Assembly (NCBI GenBank): GCA_963838425.1
Contig: CAWIRH010000012.1
Span: 26,955-90,954, forward strand
Origin: an uncultured Acidobacteriaceae bacterium
Lineage (GTDB): Bacteria > Acidobacteriota > Terriglobia > Terriglobales > Acidobacteriaceae
Direction: 5' to 3'
Length of the DNA stretch: 64,000 nt
The notes beneath the pieces are model-generated. The model was not told the origin of the DNA and made no database searches. It worked only from the letters and a program-made list of their open reading frames with translations. This document shows, in pieces, positions 1 through 8,273 of this stretch; position 1 is the stretch's first letter, and each line of letters starts with the position of its first letter. Made by a program: the position numbers and the translations under genes.

Positions 1-937
1 CTCCACTGCCACTGCTAACCGCATCGATGAAGAGATCTTCGATGGTGGGCGTGACCTGCTGAATCGCGTCGAATGGAATGTGCGCGTCCTTCAGCCGTGC
101 CTCGAATTCGGGGATGCGGCGGGCGGCATCGTCAACCACGACGTGCAGACCGTCACCGGTCAGCACCAGACTTGAGATCCCCACCGCGTGCTCGAGTTGG
201 TCACGCGATCCGCGTGGATCGGACGAGGTGACCGACAAGACGCCTTTGCCCAGCTTGGCTTTGAGATTCGCAGGGGTGTCGCAGAAGAGCAGCTTACCCT
301 GATGGAGTAAGGCGACGCGATGACAGCGCTCCGCTTCGTCGAGGTAAGCGGTCGAGGTGAGTATCGCCACACCTTGCGAGGCTAGTTCATAAAGGATGCG
401 CCAGAAGTCGCGGCGCGAAACGGGATCGACACCGGTGGTCGGCTCATCGAGCAGGATCACCTTGGGGCGGTGAGTGAGGGCGCAGACCAGGCCTAGTTTT
501 TGCTTCATACCACCGGAGAGTTTGCCAGCGAGCCGCTTGCGGAATTCGCTCATGCCGGCGGCCTGTAACAGTTGTGTGGCGCGCTCTTCGCGCTCAGCCC
601 TTTTCACTCCGAACAGGTCGGCGTAGAAGCGGATGTTCTCATCGACGGTGAGGTCCTCGTAAAGTCCAAAGCGCTGCGGCATATAACTGAGGTGGTGCTT
701 AGCGCCTTCGGGATCGTGAACGACATCAAATCCAGCAACCGTGGCTTTGCCTTCATCGGGCGGCATGATACCGGCGAGCATGCGGAGCGTGGTCGTTTTT
801 CCGGCGCCGTCAGGACCGACCAGGCCAAAGATTTCTCCGGCGCTCACGTCGAAGCTCAAGCGATCGACAGCGCGTATGCCCGGGAAGCTCTTTGTGAGTG
901 CCTCGGCGATAATTGCGGATTGGGACTGCTCCGTCAT
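1..937 (-). CDS. ABC transporter ATP-binding protein, N-terminal part (runs off the left edge; YbhF-like efflux ATPase)
   Basis: Reverse-strand ATG at 937. It is absent from the ORF track because there is no stop in the window. My translation gives MTEQSQSAIIAEALTKSF..., Walker A GPDGAGKTT, signature LSGGMKQKL and Walker B ILLDEPTTGVD. It starts 3 nt after the HlyD stop. Confidence 0.85.
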   Translation of the reverse strand, partial: MTEQSQSAIIAEALTKSFPGIRAVDRLSFDVSAGEIFGLVGPDGAGKTTTLRMLAGIMPPDEGKATVAGFDVVHDPEGAKHHLSYMPQRFGLYEDLTVDENIRFYADLFGVKRAEREERATQLLQAAGMSEFRKRLAGKLSGGMKQKLGLVCALTHRPKVILLDEPTTGVDPVSRRDFWRILYELASQGVAILTSTAYLDEAERCHRVALLHQGKLLFCDTPANLKAKLGKGVLSVTSSDPRGSRDQLEHAVGISSLVLTGDGLHVVVDDAARRIPEFEARLKDAHIPFDAIQQVTPTIEDLFIDAVSSGSG

Positions 938-940
938 TAT

Positions 941-2020
941 TTATTGCTTCTGCGGCGCAACTTCCTGTTGGCGCGCGTTTGGATTGCCCGCGGCCAGATC
1001 GATGTGGGCGTCAGCGGGCATGCCGGGTTTAAGTTCGTGATTGGGATTGTCGATATCGATCTTGATGCGATAGACGAGGGTGACGCGTTCTTTGTAGGTC
1101 TGAACACTCTTGGGTGTGAACTCGGCGGTCGAGGAGATGAAAGAGACACGTCCGCGGTACTGCTTGCCGGGATAGGTATCGGTGGTGATAGCCGCTTCCT
1201 GGCCCCAGTGGATGCGGCCCAGATCGGTTTCGGCGATATACGCGCGCAACCAGATGTGATCGAGGTCGGCGAGCGTGACCACCGGAGTGCCGGGAACGAC
1301 TACCTCTCCCAGTTCAGTCTGGCGCACGGTGATCACGCCGGTGGCAGGGGCGCGCAGGATTGTGTAGTCCAGGTTGACTCGCGATAGACCCAAGTTGGCG
1401 TTGGCTTCCGTGAGATTGGCGCGAGCGATCGCGATATCCTCTTTGCGGCTGCCTTCAACGGCCTCGTTGTAACGCTGTTGCGCTGCCCGGAACGTCGCCT
1501 CGGCGCGCTTCAGCGCAGTCTCGGCGAGGTCGCGGTCCTGGGCGGAGACTTCATCTTTGCTGAAGAGGCGCTGGGCGCGGTCGTAGTCGAGTTTCTTCTC
1601 CTGCAAATCGGCTTGCGCATCGAACGTGGTTTGCTGCGACGCCTTTACTTCCTGCTCACGGGTTCCAGCAAGGGTGAGCGCGAGGCCGGATTCGCGCACG
1701 TGAACCGTGGCCTCGTCGATCCGGACCTTCTGCTTGTAGTCGGCGTCATCCAGGCGCGCAAGCAATGCGCCTTGCTCAACCGACTGGCCCTCCTCGACCG
1801 GCAAGTCGATGATGCGCCCTTGAACCTTGAAGCTCACCAGGCTCTCGTGCGCTTCGATATTGCCCGAGAGCGTCAGCTGACTTTCGGGCTCCGCCTTTTT
1901 GGTCAGACGCGGATAAAGATACACACCGGCGGCGATTGCCGCCGCCAGCAGGATCAGAATCGGTATAAGTCGCTTCATAGCTTCAAACCTCGTTGCATCA
2001 AACCCCGCGGGCGTGAACAT
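941..2020 (-). CDS. HlyD/YbhG-family periplasmic adaptor (membrane fusion protein)
   Basis: 359-aa ORF. The likely true start is MKRLIPILILLAAA at 1978. It has a lipoyl-like segment VSFKVQGRIIDLPVEEGQSVEQGALLARLD and a long coiled coil, and lies between the TolC-like and ABC ATPase genes. Confidence 0.85.
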   Translation of the reverse strand: MFTPAGFDATRFEAMKRLIPILILLAAAIAAGVYLYPRLTKKAEPESQLTLSGNIEAHESLVSFKVQGRIIDLPVEEGQSVEQGALLARLDDADYKQKVRIDEATVHVRESGLALTLAGTREQEVKASQQTTFDAQADLQEKKLDYDRAQRLFSKDEVSAQDRDLAETALKRAEATFRAAQQRYNEAVEGSRKEDIAIARANLTEANANLGLSRVNLDYTILRAPATGVITVRQTELGEVVVPGTPVVTLADLDHIWLRAYIAETDLGRIHWGQEAAITTDTYPGKQYRGRVSFISSTAEFTPKSVQTYKERVTLVYRIKIDIDNPNHELKPGMPADAHIDLAAGNPNARQQEVAPQKQ

Positions 2021-2059
2021 CTAGTTGCAACATGGTTCACCGCCCGCCTGACAAATCGC

Positions 2060-3400
2060 TTACGGATTCCCCAGATACTGTCCAATGTTGTTTTCCGTGT
2101 CGCCTACGGCCCGGGCGAGCGCGAACTTCGCGTCAGCGTGGCTGGAGACGGCGAGAATGTAGTTCTCCTCGGCGCGGGCGAGTTCGTCTTGAGCCGTGAC
2201 CACTTCCACGTTATTGGTTGTACCCGACTGAAAACGATCCTGCGCGAGTTCGAGTTCGCGCTGCGCAAGTCTCTGCCCCTCTTCGGCGACAGCAATCTGC
2301 TCGGCCGCGGATTCGAGATTCAGAAGGGCCTCGTGGATCTCCTCTTCAATGCCGCGGCGCAAATCGGCGATTTGATCGTCGATGCGTTTGACGCGGCTGG
2401 CAAGCTCCTGCGCCTCGCCGCTGCGATCGCGATCAAACACCGTAAAGTCGACTTGGCCTTGAATGATGCCGGTGCCCTGCACGCCTCCAATGCTGCGGCC
2501 AATCCCGCCATAATTTCCGTTAATGCTTAATTTGGGATAGTAGCGGGCGCGGCTGGCGCGTTGCTGCTCGACCAATCCCAGACGCTGGCTGGCAAGCGAC
2601 AGGTAATCCGGACGCATCAGGAGCGCGGAGGGCAACAGACTCTGCGCCTGAGACGGGGTTAAGGGCCGATACCGGAGCGGCTCGGCGAGTTCCAATGGCG
2701 TGCTCGGCCGCATGCCGAGGTTGCGCGCGAGGGAGAGCAGCGATTTTTTGTATGAATTCTGCGCGACCAGCAGAGCCTGCTTGTCATTCGCGAGCTGCAC
2801 CTGAGCGCGCAGGACGTCCACGCCGGTCGCGGTTCCAGCGTCGTGCTTATCTTTCGCGAGTTTGTACAAAACATCCGAGTCGGTCACCCGGGATTGGGCA
2901 GCATCGGCGCGAGCCGCGGCAGACTGGGCGTTGAGATAGAGGCTGGCAACGGCCCGGATGATGAGGTCGCGCGCATCCTGGTAATCCATCTTGCCGGCAT
3001 CAAGGGCGCGTTCGCTGGCTTTCCATCCGCGATAACTCTGAAGATCGACGACGTTCTGCTGCGCATAGAAGCGGAAATCGTAGTTGGAAAACGGTCCAAC
3101 CACCGCGGGGACGCCAGGCAGCGAGATTCCGAAAGCGGCGAGGGAGCGGTTCTGGTAGTTGGCGTAGCTTTGCGCTCGTACCTGCGGAAGCAGCGCGGCC
3201 GATAAGCGGCGCAAGCGGGTGCCTTCGGCTTCCTCGACCCGGGTGTCGGCGACGAGCACGTTGAGATTGGCTTGCAGCGCCTGCTGAATAGCATCACGCA
3301 GCGTAAGGCGATAGGGCGCTGGTTCCTGGGCGGCGCTGAGCGCACTGCAGATCAGGCTCGCCAGCGACAGGATGACGATAGTACGGAAATTGCATTTCAT
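2060..3400 (-). CDS. TolC-family outer membrane efflux protein
   Basis: 446-aa ORF with a signal peptide (MKCNFRTIVILSLASLICSALSAAQE) and duplicated OEP-type repeats. Its start overlaps the TetR stop by 4 nt. Confidence 0.85.
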   Translation of the reverse strand: MKCNFRTIVILSLASLICSALSAAQEPAPYRLTLRDAIQQALQANLNVLVADTRVEEAEGTRLRRLSAALLPQVRAQSYANYQNRSLAAFGISLPGVPAVVGPFSNYDFRFYAQQNVVDLQSYRGWKASERALDAGKMDYQDARDLIIRAVASLYLNAQSAAARADAAQSRVTDSDVLYKLAKDKHDAGTATGVDVLRAQVQLANDKQALLVAQNSYKKSLLSLARNLGMRPSTPLELAEPLRYRPLTPSQAQSLLPSALLMRPDYLSLASQRLGLVEQQRASRARYYPKLSINGNYGGIGRSIGGVQGTGIIQGQVDFTVFDRDRSGEAQELASRVKRIDDQIADLRRGIEEEIHEALLNLESAAEQIAVAEEGQRLAQRELELAQDRFQSGTTNNVEVVTAQDELARAEENYILAVSSHADAKFALARAVGDTENNIGQYLGNP

Positions 3401-4116
3401 CGCGTTTGCTCTTTATTGGAGACGGCGATTGCCCTCCAAAGGTGTTGGAAGCTTTCTTCGATCCAAGTTGCGAGCGCAGGCTGGCCCCGAAGCGACCAGA
3501 GCAGAAGTGTTCCCATGAACGCCTGCTGGAACTGAAGCGCAACCTTCTCTTTTTTCAAGCGAGGGTCGATCTCTCCGCGCTTTTGCCCGGCGGCCACTAC
3601 CTGGGCGATCATCTTGCGGCCTTCGGAAAAGTTGCGTTCAATGAGGCCACGAACGCGCTCGCTCGCGAGAAAAGAGGAGATCAGGGCGCGGGCGAGGTCT
3701 GGGCTGCGACCGGGTTCTTCGCCGACGCGAAGAAACAGGCGGTGCAACACCGAGTGAATGGTCTCGGTGCCGGACTCGGCAAGCGTCACGGCTTCTCTTA
3801 CCTTGCCAAGCTGAATTTCCGCCATCACGCCCAGCACGTGATCTTTGCTCTCAAAATAGTTGAAGAAGGTCCCCTTGCCGACATCGGCGGCCTCGGTGAT
3901 GTCTTCCACCGTGACGCTCGGAAAGCCGCGCTCGGCAAAGAGCTGAAGAGCGCAACGGAACAGCCGCAGACGCGTTTCAGCGGCGCGGCGCTGGCGCCGT
4001 CCCATACCTTGTAAGTGAGGTAGGTTACTGGAAGCAAGGGCCTCGATGAGAGCGGAGTGATATTGATGACTTTTAGCCATTATAGACCTATAACCATAAA
4101 CGACTATCAGTCGCAA
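3397..4116 (-). CDS. TetR/AcrR-family transcriptional regulator
   Basis: HTH segment FAERGFPSVTVEDITEAADVGKGTFFNYFESKDH. The likely start is MAKSHQ at 4080. It is the first gene of the efflux operon. Confidence 0.85.
   Translation of the reverse strand: MRLIVVYGYRSIMAKSHQYHSALIEALASSNLPHLQGMGRRQRRAAETRLRLFRCALQLFAERGFPSVTVEDITEAADVGKGTFFNYFESKDHVLGVMAEIQLGKVREAVTLAESGTETIHSVLHRLFLRVGEEPGRSPDLARALISSFLASERVRGLIERNFSEGRKMIAQVVAAGQKRGEIDPRLKKEKVALQFQQAFMGTLLLWSLRGQPALATWIEESFQHLWRAIAVSNKEQTR
4101..4113. promoter_or_regulatory. Candidate TetR operator palindrome CGACT-ATC-AGTCG
   Basis: Perfect 5-3-5 inverted repeat about 20 nt upstream of the likely TetR start. Its function is inferred only. 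Confidence 0.25.
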
Positions 4117-4279
4117 TTATTACGTGGAAGCTGCAATTTGTCAAAGTCAGAGGGGCAGGTGTTTTCTCACGTGCCACCCAGCTATGCCGGGTCTAAGGGA
4201 GAGGCACATTTCGGGGTATGAGAGTTGCGTTGGTCCGGCGTCACTACGAAGGTGTCAATGCTCAAGATTCTTCAATACA

Positions 4280-4712
4280 AAACTTTGTGGCAGCCGGACC
4301 TGTAAGCCGAATTCTGTCTGCCGTTACCGGCAGGACGGTCATTCCTCTGGGCCACGCATTGCTGCTAGGCTCAAGCGACCTACCCGGAGGTTGTGGCGCA
4401 CCGAGCCGGCACGCGTCCCCGGCAAAGCCCGAAGGCTTGCCAGAGAATCCCTCCCTATTTGGTCTTGCTCCGTGTGGGGTTTGCCCTGCCCGCCGCATTA
4501 CTGCGACGGCGGTGCGCTCTTACCGCACCTTTTCACCCTTACCTGAGCCTTGCGGCCCGGGCGGTATGTTTTCTGTGGCACTTTCCGTCGAGCGATCCCG
4601 CCCTTACAAGCGCGGGGGCCCTCCCGGACGTTATCCGGCACACTGCTCTGCGGAGTTCGGACTTTCCTCTGTCTCGCGACAGCGACCGTCCGGTCCGGCT
4701 GCCAACAGCTTC
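4280..4712 (-). ncRNA. rnpB: RNase P RNA, bacterial type A
   Basis: The reverse complement reads GAAGCUGUUGGCAGCCGGACC...GAGGAAAGUCCGAACUCCGCAGAGCAGUGUGCCGGAUAACGUCCGGGAGG...GUGCCACAGAAAACAUACCGCC...CAGGUAAGGGUGAAAAGGUGCGGUAAGAGCGCACC...GGGUAGGUCGCUUGAGCC...ACAGAAUUCGGCUUACAGGUCCGGCUGCCA. These are the universally conserved P4/J-region blocks, with P1 pairing between the two ends. End coordinates are good to a few nt. Confidence 0.93.
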
Positions 4713-4763
4713 ATTATAGTGCACGAAGTCACAGCGCACGCCGGCGGGCGTGTTCTCTTACTC

Positions 4764-5174
4764 TTACTCCTTGGGCGCGAGGAGGAACGGATAAATTAGC
4801 AGGGCCAAGCCAATCAACAATGGAATCAGTCCGACAAGATAAGCCGGTTCCTCGTGCTCAACCCCGTGTAGAAACACCATGAGACCGATGCCGACGGCGG
4901 CCGTGATCAAACCGCCCAACTTCATGCCTTCGAGGCGGCGTTTCACAGCGTTCTTCTCCTGCTCGCGCAGCAGTTCCAGCGCGCTCCTGGCTCCCTCTCC
5001 TGAGCTTTCCGCGATCTTTTTCAGGGTTTCATTCTTGTAGTATGCTTCTCTCTCTTTTCGGCGCGCATCGGACCATGAGGCCACACCCAGGAACGAGAAC
5101 AGCGCTATGCTCCCGACGATCGGGATTAGAAAGGGAGCGATGCTTGCGATACCTTCTCCGACATTGAATTCCAT
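4764..5174 (-). CDS. Small integral membrane protein (hypothetical)
   Basis: Internal ATG at 5174 preceded by GAGGAGG. MEFNVGEGIASIAPFLIPIVGSIALFSFLGV... has hydrophobic helices at both ends. The longer 365-aa ORF overlaps the sigma factor gene and is rejected. Confidence 0.6.
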   Translation of the reverse strand: MEFNVGEGIASIAPFLIPIVGSIALFSFLGVASWSDARRKEREAYYKNETLKKIAESSGEGARSALELLREQEKNAVKRRLEGMKLGGLITAAVGIGLMVFLHGVEHEEPAYLVGLIPLLIGLALLIYPFLLAPKE

Positions 5175-5324
5175 TGGAGCCTCCTCGTGTAGTTTTCCGC
5201 TTTCGTTCGGTAGGACCGGGCTTCCACGGTTCCGGTTGCACTTTTTTCGTCCCGGTGCGATTTTCAAAATAAATGCAACCGTCCGCAACGGCATCGTGTC
5301 GTACCTTATGAGGGAGGGCCCAAG

Positions 5325-5894
5325 GTGAGCGCGAGCGACGATCAGGCCGATGTCGAAAGAGTCCTGGCTGGCGACATTTCCGCCTTTGAGGGGATTGTCG
5401 GCCGCTGGCAGGGGCCACTGATCAATCTGGCCTACCGTTTTTGCCACGATCGCGGCCGCGCCGAAGAGATGGCGCAAGAAGCTTTTCTTCGTGCGTACCG
5501 CGGGCTCGGGCAGTGGCGCAAGGATGCGGTCTTTTCCACCTGGCTCTTCGCGCTGGCGACCAACCTCTATCGTTCGGAGCTGCGCCGCATTCCGGCGCGA
5601 ATGGTGTCGGTGCCGCTCGACGACATTGCCGAACCCGCGGACGCGCGCGCCTCGGACGGAGGCCTCGAAGACCATGACCGGGATTCGGCGGTGCGACGCG
5701 CTGTACTTGCCTTGCCGGCGAAGTATCGCGAGGCCTTGACCCTTTTTTATTTTCACGACATGGACGTCACCACGGCGGCGCGGAGCCTCGGCTTGCCCGA
5801 GGGCACGGTCAAGGCGAGATTGTCTCGCGGGCGTGAAATCCTGCGCAGTAAACTTCCGCAACGGTTGGCTGTGCCGCGCCTGAAGGAGGCTTGA
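5325..5894 (+). CDS. ECF-type RNA polymerase sigma-70 family factor
   Basis: GTG start after GAGGGAGG. Region 2 is LINLAYRFCHDRGRAEEMAQEAFLRAYR and region 4 is LPAKYREALTLFYFHDMDVTTAARSLGLPEGTVKARLSRGR. Confidence 0.9.
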   Translation: MSASDDQADVERVLAGDISAFEGIVGRWQGPLINLAYRFCHDRGRAEEMAQEAFLRAYRGLGQWRKDAVFSTWLFALATNLYRSELRRIPARMVSVPLDDIAEPADARASDGGLEDHDRDSAVRRAVLALPAKYREALTLFYFHDMDVTTAARSLGLPEGTVKARLSRGREILRSKLPQRLAVPRLKEA

Positions 5895-6271
5895 TGATTA
5901 AGGATGAGGAGATCGATCGCGTTCTTTCGCTGAAGGATGAAATCCTCCCATCGTCGGGCTTCGCCGCCTCCGTCATGGAAGCGGTGCGGCGCGAGGCTGC
6001 AGCACCGCCGCCGATTCCGTTCCCCTGGAAGCGCGCTCTGCCCGGCTTGGTGGTCGCGGGCTTTGCACTGGCTCTGGTTCTGGTTGCGGGAGTTGTGGCC
6101 ATCACGCAGAGAGCCTCCACCACCCCGCAGTTTTCCGCGCCCTTGCCGTTTGTGATGCCGCCCATCTTCCATGGGGGCATAGAGTCGGCGGCGATGTGGA
6201 CGGCGCTGGCGCTGCTGGTGGCATTTGTGTCGGTGAAATTCTCGATGCGCCTGGCTTCCGGCAGGGGATGA
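5891..6271 (+). CDS. Putative membrane-anchored anti-sigma factor
   Basis: ATGA overlap with the sigma gene. It is 126 aa with central TM helices. The role is inferred from position only. Confidence 0.5.
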   Translation: MMIKDEEIDRVLSLKDEILPSSGFAASVMEAVRREAAAPPPIPFPWKRALPGLVVAGFALALVLVAGVVAITQRASTTPQFSAPLPFVMPPIFHGGIESAAMWTALALLVAFVSVKFSMRLASGRG

Positions 6272-6365
6272 GGCTTGCTGGTGAAGTGCGGGGCGTCCCC
6301 GCCCGGCCGCCGGTAGTGGGCGACTTTGAGCATCTTTTTACTAGGGATTGGCATCTAAGTTGCTA

Positions 6366-6380
6366 GACCGGTCAAGCATA
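6366..6380. repeat. Left copy of the 15-bp direct repeat GACCGGTCAAGCATA bounding the low-G+C cassette
   Basis: Matches 7880..7894 (GACCGATCAAGCATA) at 14 of 15 positions. It lies where G+C drops by eye. Confidence 0.5.
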
Positions 6381-6437
6381 TAGAGTGCAGGTGTTTGCAC
6401 ACTCTTGGTTCCGAATCGGGAATTGTGACGGCGTCAC

Positions 6438-6466
6438 TTGACAACAAATCGCAATCGGATAATTAT
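6438..6466 (+). promoter_or_regulatory. Candidate sigma-70 promoter TTGACA-N17-AATTAT
   Basis: TTGACA is at 6438..6443 and AATTAT at 6461..6466. The predicted transcription start falls on or near ATG 6472, which would make the mRNA leaderless or nearly so. Confidence 0.3.
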
Positions 6467-6696
6467 TGGGCATGCATAAACGCTCAAGCAAGGACATGAA
6501 CCAGATCGCGGCTTTTGTCTTAAACGCCGTGATCAAGAAGACGGAGCCTCCGCAAAGGGTAAAGAATCGTGCTGCTGTGGCTCTTGGGAGGCTTGGGGGT
6601 AAGAAGGGTGGTCCGGCTCGTGCCGAAAAGCTCAGTCCCTTACAGCGCAGTGAAATAGCACGTAAGGCTGCTCTGTCACGCTGGAAAGGAAAATAA
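6466..6696 (+). CDS. Small basic protein with a GRLGGKKGG...LSPLQRSEIARKAALSRW C-terminal motif (hypothetical)
   Basis: 76-aa ORF (ATG at 6472 is also possible). It is the first gene of a tightly spaced three-gene cassette. Confidence 0.55.
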   Translation: MGMHKRSSKDMNQIAAFVLNAVIKKTEPPQRVKNRAAVALGRLGGKKGGPARAEKLSPLQRSEIARKAALSRWKGK

Positions 6697-6699
6697 TAA

Positions 6700-7623
6700 A
6701 TGTCTACTCCGGCGACGCCTCCACCAAGTGCGGAAATTCCAGCTAGTGCGAATGAGTACATAGAACAAGAGCTTGATAAGCGGCTGACCGCAATCGAGAG
6801 TGCCGACGTATTCAAGGGCCACGCTATTAGCGTCAGCGGTCCCCTGATTTCTGGTGTTGACGACATCTTGCGATCTGCGGTTGAGAAACGCTGCAAGAAG
6901 GAACAACCAGAGCGTTTGGTGGTTTTGCTGACAACTCCTGGTGGTTACGCTGAAACTGTTCAGCGGATGGTGGAAACGGTTCGACATCACTATCAATTAG
7001 TGGATTTCGTCGTTCCGAATTATGCATATTCAGCGGGAACGGTTTTTGTGATGTCCGGAGATGCAATCTACATGGATTACTATTCCCGGCTCGGCCCGAT
7101 TGATCCGCAGGTGGACAGTGCGAGAGGGCGTCAGGTGTCTGCTCTCGGAACATTAGAAAAATACAATTCGCTAATCGACAAGGCACAGCTCGGAACGATT
7201 ACCACCGCCGAAGTGCAGCTCTTGATCGATGGCTTTGACCAAGGGGAGCTTTACCACTATGAACAGGCGAGGGATCTATCCATTGCCCTGCTAGAAGAGT
7301 GGCTAGTAAAGTATAAGTTCAAAAACTGGAAAGAAACACAGACCCGCAAGATTCCGGTGACGGACCAGATGAAAAAGGACACGGCGTCTAGGATCGGCGG
7401 AGTGTTAAACAATACAAAGAAATGGCATTCACATGGGTATGGGATTTCCATGGATGTGTTGCAGCGCGACCCTGAGATCAATTTGCTAATCGACGATTAC
7501 GGAAAAGACCCTATACTGTCGGAAAAGATCAGGTGTTACCATGAATTGCTTTCTGACTACATGCTGAAAAGAGCACTTGAGGGAGTCATTCATAGCCCCG
7601 GAGATTACCGGCCGTTCATGTAG
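6700..7623 (+). CDS. Clp/crotonase-fold serine protease of the SDH (serine dehydrogenase proteinase) / SppA-like type
   Basis: 307 aa. The segment LLTTPGGYAETVQRMVETVR...NYAYSAGTVFVMSGDAIYMDYYSRLGPIDPQ matches the ClpP/S49-like nucleophile region as I recall it. The start lies 3 nt after the previous stop. Confidence 0.7.
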   Translation: MSTPATPPPSAEIPASANEYIEQELDKRLTAIESADVFKGHAISVSGPLISGVDDILRSAVEKRCKKEQPERLVVLLTTPGGYAETVQRMVETVRHHYQLVDFVVPNYAYSAGTVFVMSGDAIYMDYYSRLGPIDPQVDSARGRQVSALGTLEKYNSLIDKAQLGTITTAEVQLLIDGFDQGELYHYEQARDLSIALLEEWLVKYKFKNWKETQTRKIPVTDQMKKDTASRIGGVLNNTKKWHSHGYGISMDVLQRDPEINLLIDDYGKDPILSEKIRCYHELLSDYMLKRALEGVIHSPGDYRPFM

Positions 7624-7634
7624 GGGGAGGAATT

Positions 7635-7853
7635 ATGCCTAAACCAATAGACATCGACATGTTGAAGAAGAACCCGCAGATTGATTTGGGCAAATTGGAA
7701 GAATCCCAAAAGCTTCGAGATAATATTCGACAAGGCGGCGGGACTCGCGGACCCAGAGCTGCACCCGTGTTTAATCGCAGACGTGCGCGGGTTATTGACG
7801 ATCTTGCCAGCGACACAAGGCTTGTCAGATTGTCTGTGAAGTATAGATTTTAA
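7635..7853 (+). CDS. Hypothetical small protein (72 aa)
   Basis: Strong RBS GGGGGAGGA 5 nt before the ATG. It starts 11 nt after the protease stop. I recognise no motif. Confidence 0.55.
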   Translation: MPKPIDIDMLKKNPQIDLGKLEESQKLRDNIRQGGGTRGPRAAPVFNRRRARVIDDLASDTRLVRLSVKYRF

Positions 7854-7879
7854 TGGTGTAATTACTCTTGACATTGCGT

Positions 7880-7894
7880 GACCGATCAAGCATA
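7880..7894. repeat. Right copy of the 15-bp direct repeat (GACCGATCAAGCATA)
   Basis: See 6366..6380. Confidence 0.5.
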
Positions 7895-7902
7895 ACGCGC
7901 GC

Positions 7903-8094
7903 ATGAATTGCTTGAGCACTGAGAGACGCTGCCAAGTAGTTTCTGCCCTTGTTGAAGGCAATTCCATCCGTGCAACAGTCCGCATGACTGGGGTCTGCAA
8001 GGACACAGTTCTGAAGCTCCTTGTTGACCTCGGCACCGCGTGCGCATCGTCTCACGATCAACACTTTCGCAATCTCCGGCCACAGCGTGTGTAG
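7903..8094 (+). pseudogene. N-terminal HTH fragment of a transposase (IS relic)
   Basis: MNCLSTERRCQVVSALVEGNSIRATVRMTGVCKDTVLKLLVDLGTACASSHDQ... resembles the HTH N-terminus of IS-encoded transposases, from memory. The ORF ends ...RPQRV-TAG-CD where, as I recall, full-length relatives continue ...RVQCDE.... No DDE domain follows. Confidence 0.55.
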
Positions 8095-8116
8095 TGCGAC
8101 GGTCGCCGAACTGCTG

Positions 8117-8135
8117 GACGGGCGGGACGCGCGTC
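8117..8135. repeat. GC-rich hairpin repeat (GACGGGCG-GGA-CGCGCGTC followed by TCTCCAC)
   Basis: Member of the CGGGCG-NGA-CGCCCG / CCCTCCAC family also seen at 37945, 44504 and 60549. Confidence 0.5.
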
Positions 8136-8273
8136 TCTCCACTAACTTACTCACATAACACGCGCGTTCTGTGAATGCTTCCATTGCGGACCCGCCCGCC
8201 TCGTCCTGCTAAACTCATTTGGAGAACTGCCCACTCCCGCAATCCCAGGAACTGCGGTGAGAAGCGCACGTCG

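Noticed and set aside
572-2530. Long plus-strand ORFs 572..1387 and 1478..2530 opposite the ABC ATPase and HlyD genes
   Set aside because: These are antisense shadow ORFs typical of high-G+C DNA. Their translations are low-complexity and Arg/Gly/Ala-rich, whereas the minus-strand products carry clear family motifs. The same reasoning rejects 18473..19720(+), 23197..23976(+), 24660..25925(+), 29271..30353(+), 30372..31613(+), 33075..34115(-), 38187..39122(-), 44529..45614(+) and 62392..63828(-).
4124-4882. Cluster of overlapping ORFs on both strands (for example 4218..4799, 193 aa)
   Set aside because: The region is RNase P RNA (rnpB). The ORFs are artefacts of a structured, stop-poor RNA gene.
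5175-5861. N-terminal 229 codons of the 365-aa minus-strand ORF 4764..5861
   Set aside because: This part overlaps the well-supported ECF sigma factor gene on the other strand and has Arg-rich nonsense composition. An internal ATG at 5174 with a GAGGAGG RBS gives a plausible 136-aa membrane protein.
6372-7186. Minus-strand ORFs 6372..6896, 6676..6996 and 6833..7186 inside the low-G+C cassette
   Set aside because: They are antisense to three plus-strand genes that have RBSs, tight spacing and, for the protease, family motifs.
8095-8273. Continuation of the transposase gene after the TAG at 8092
   Set aside because: After the C-D codons the frame yields Arg/Gly-rich sequence overlapping a GC-hairpin repeat and then a stop. 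No DDE-domain coding capacity remains.
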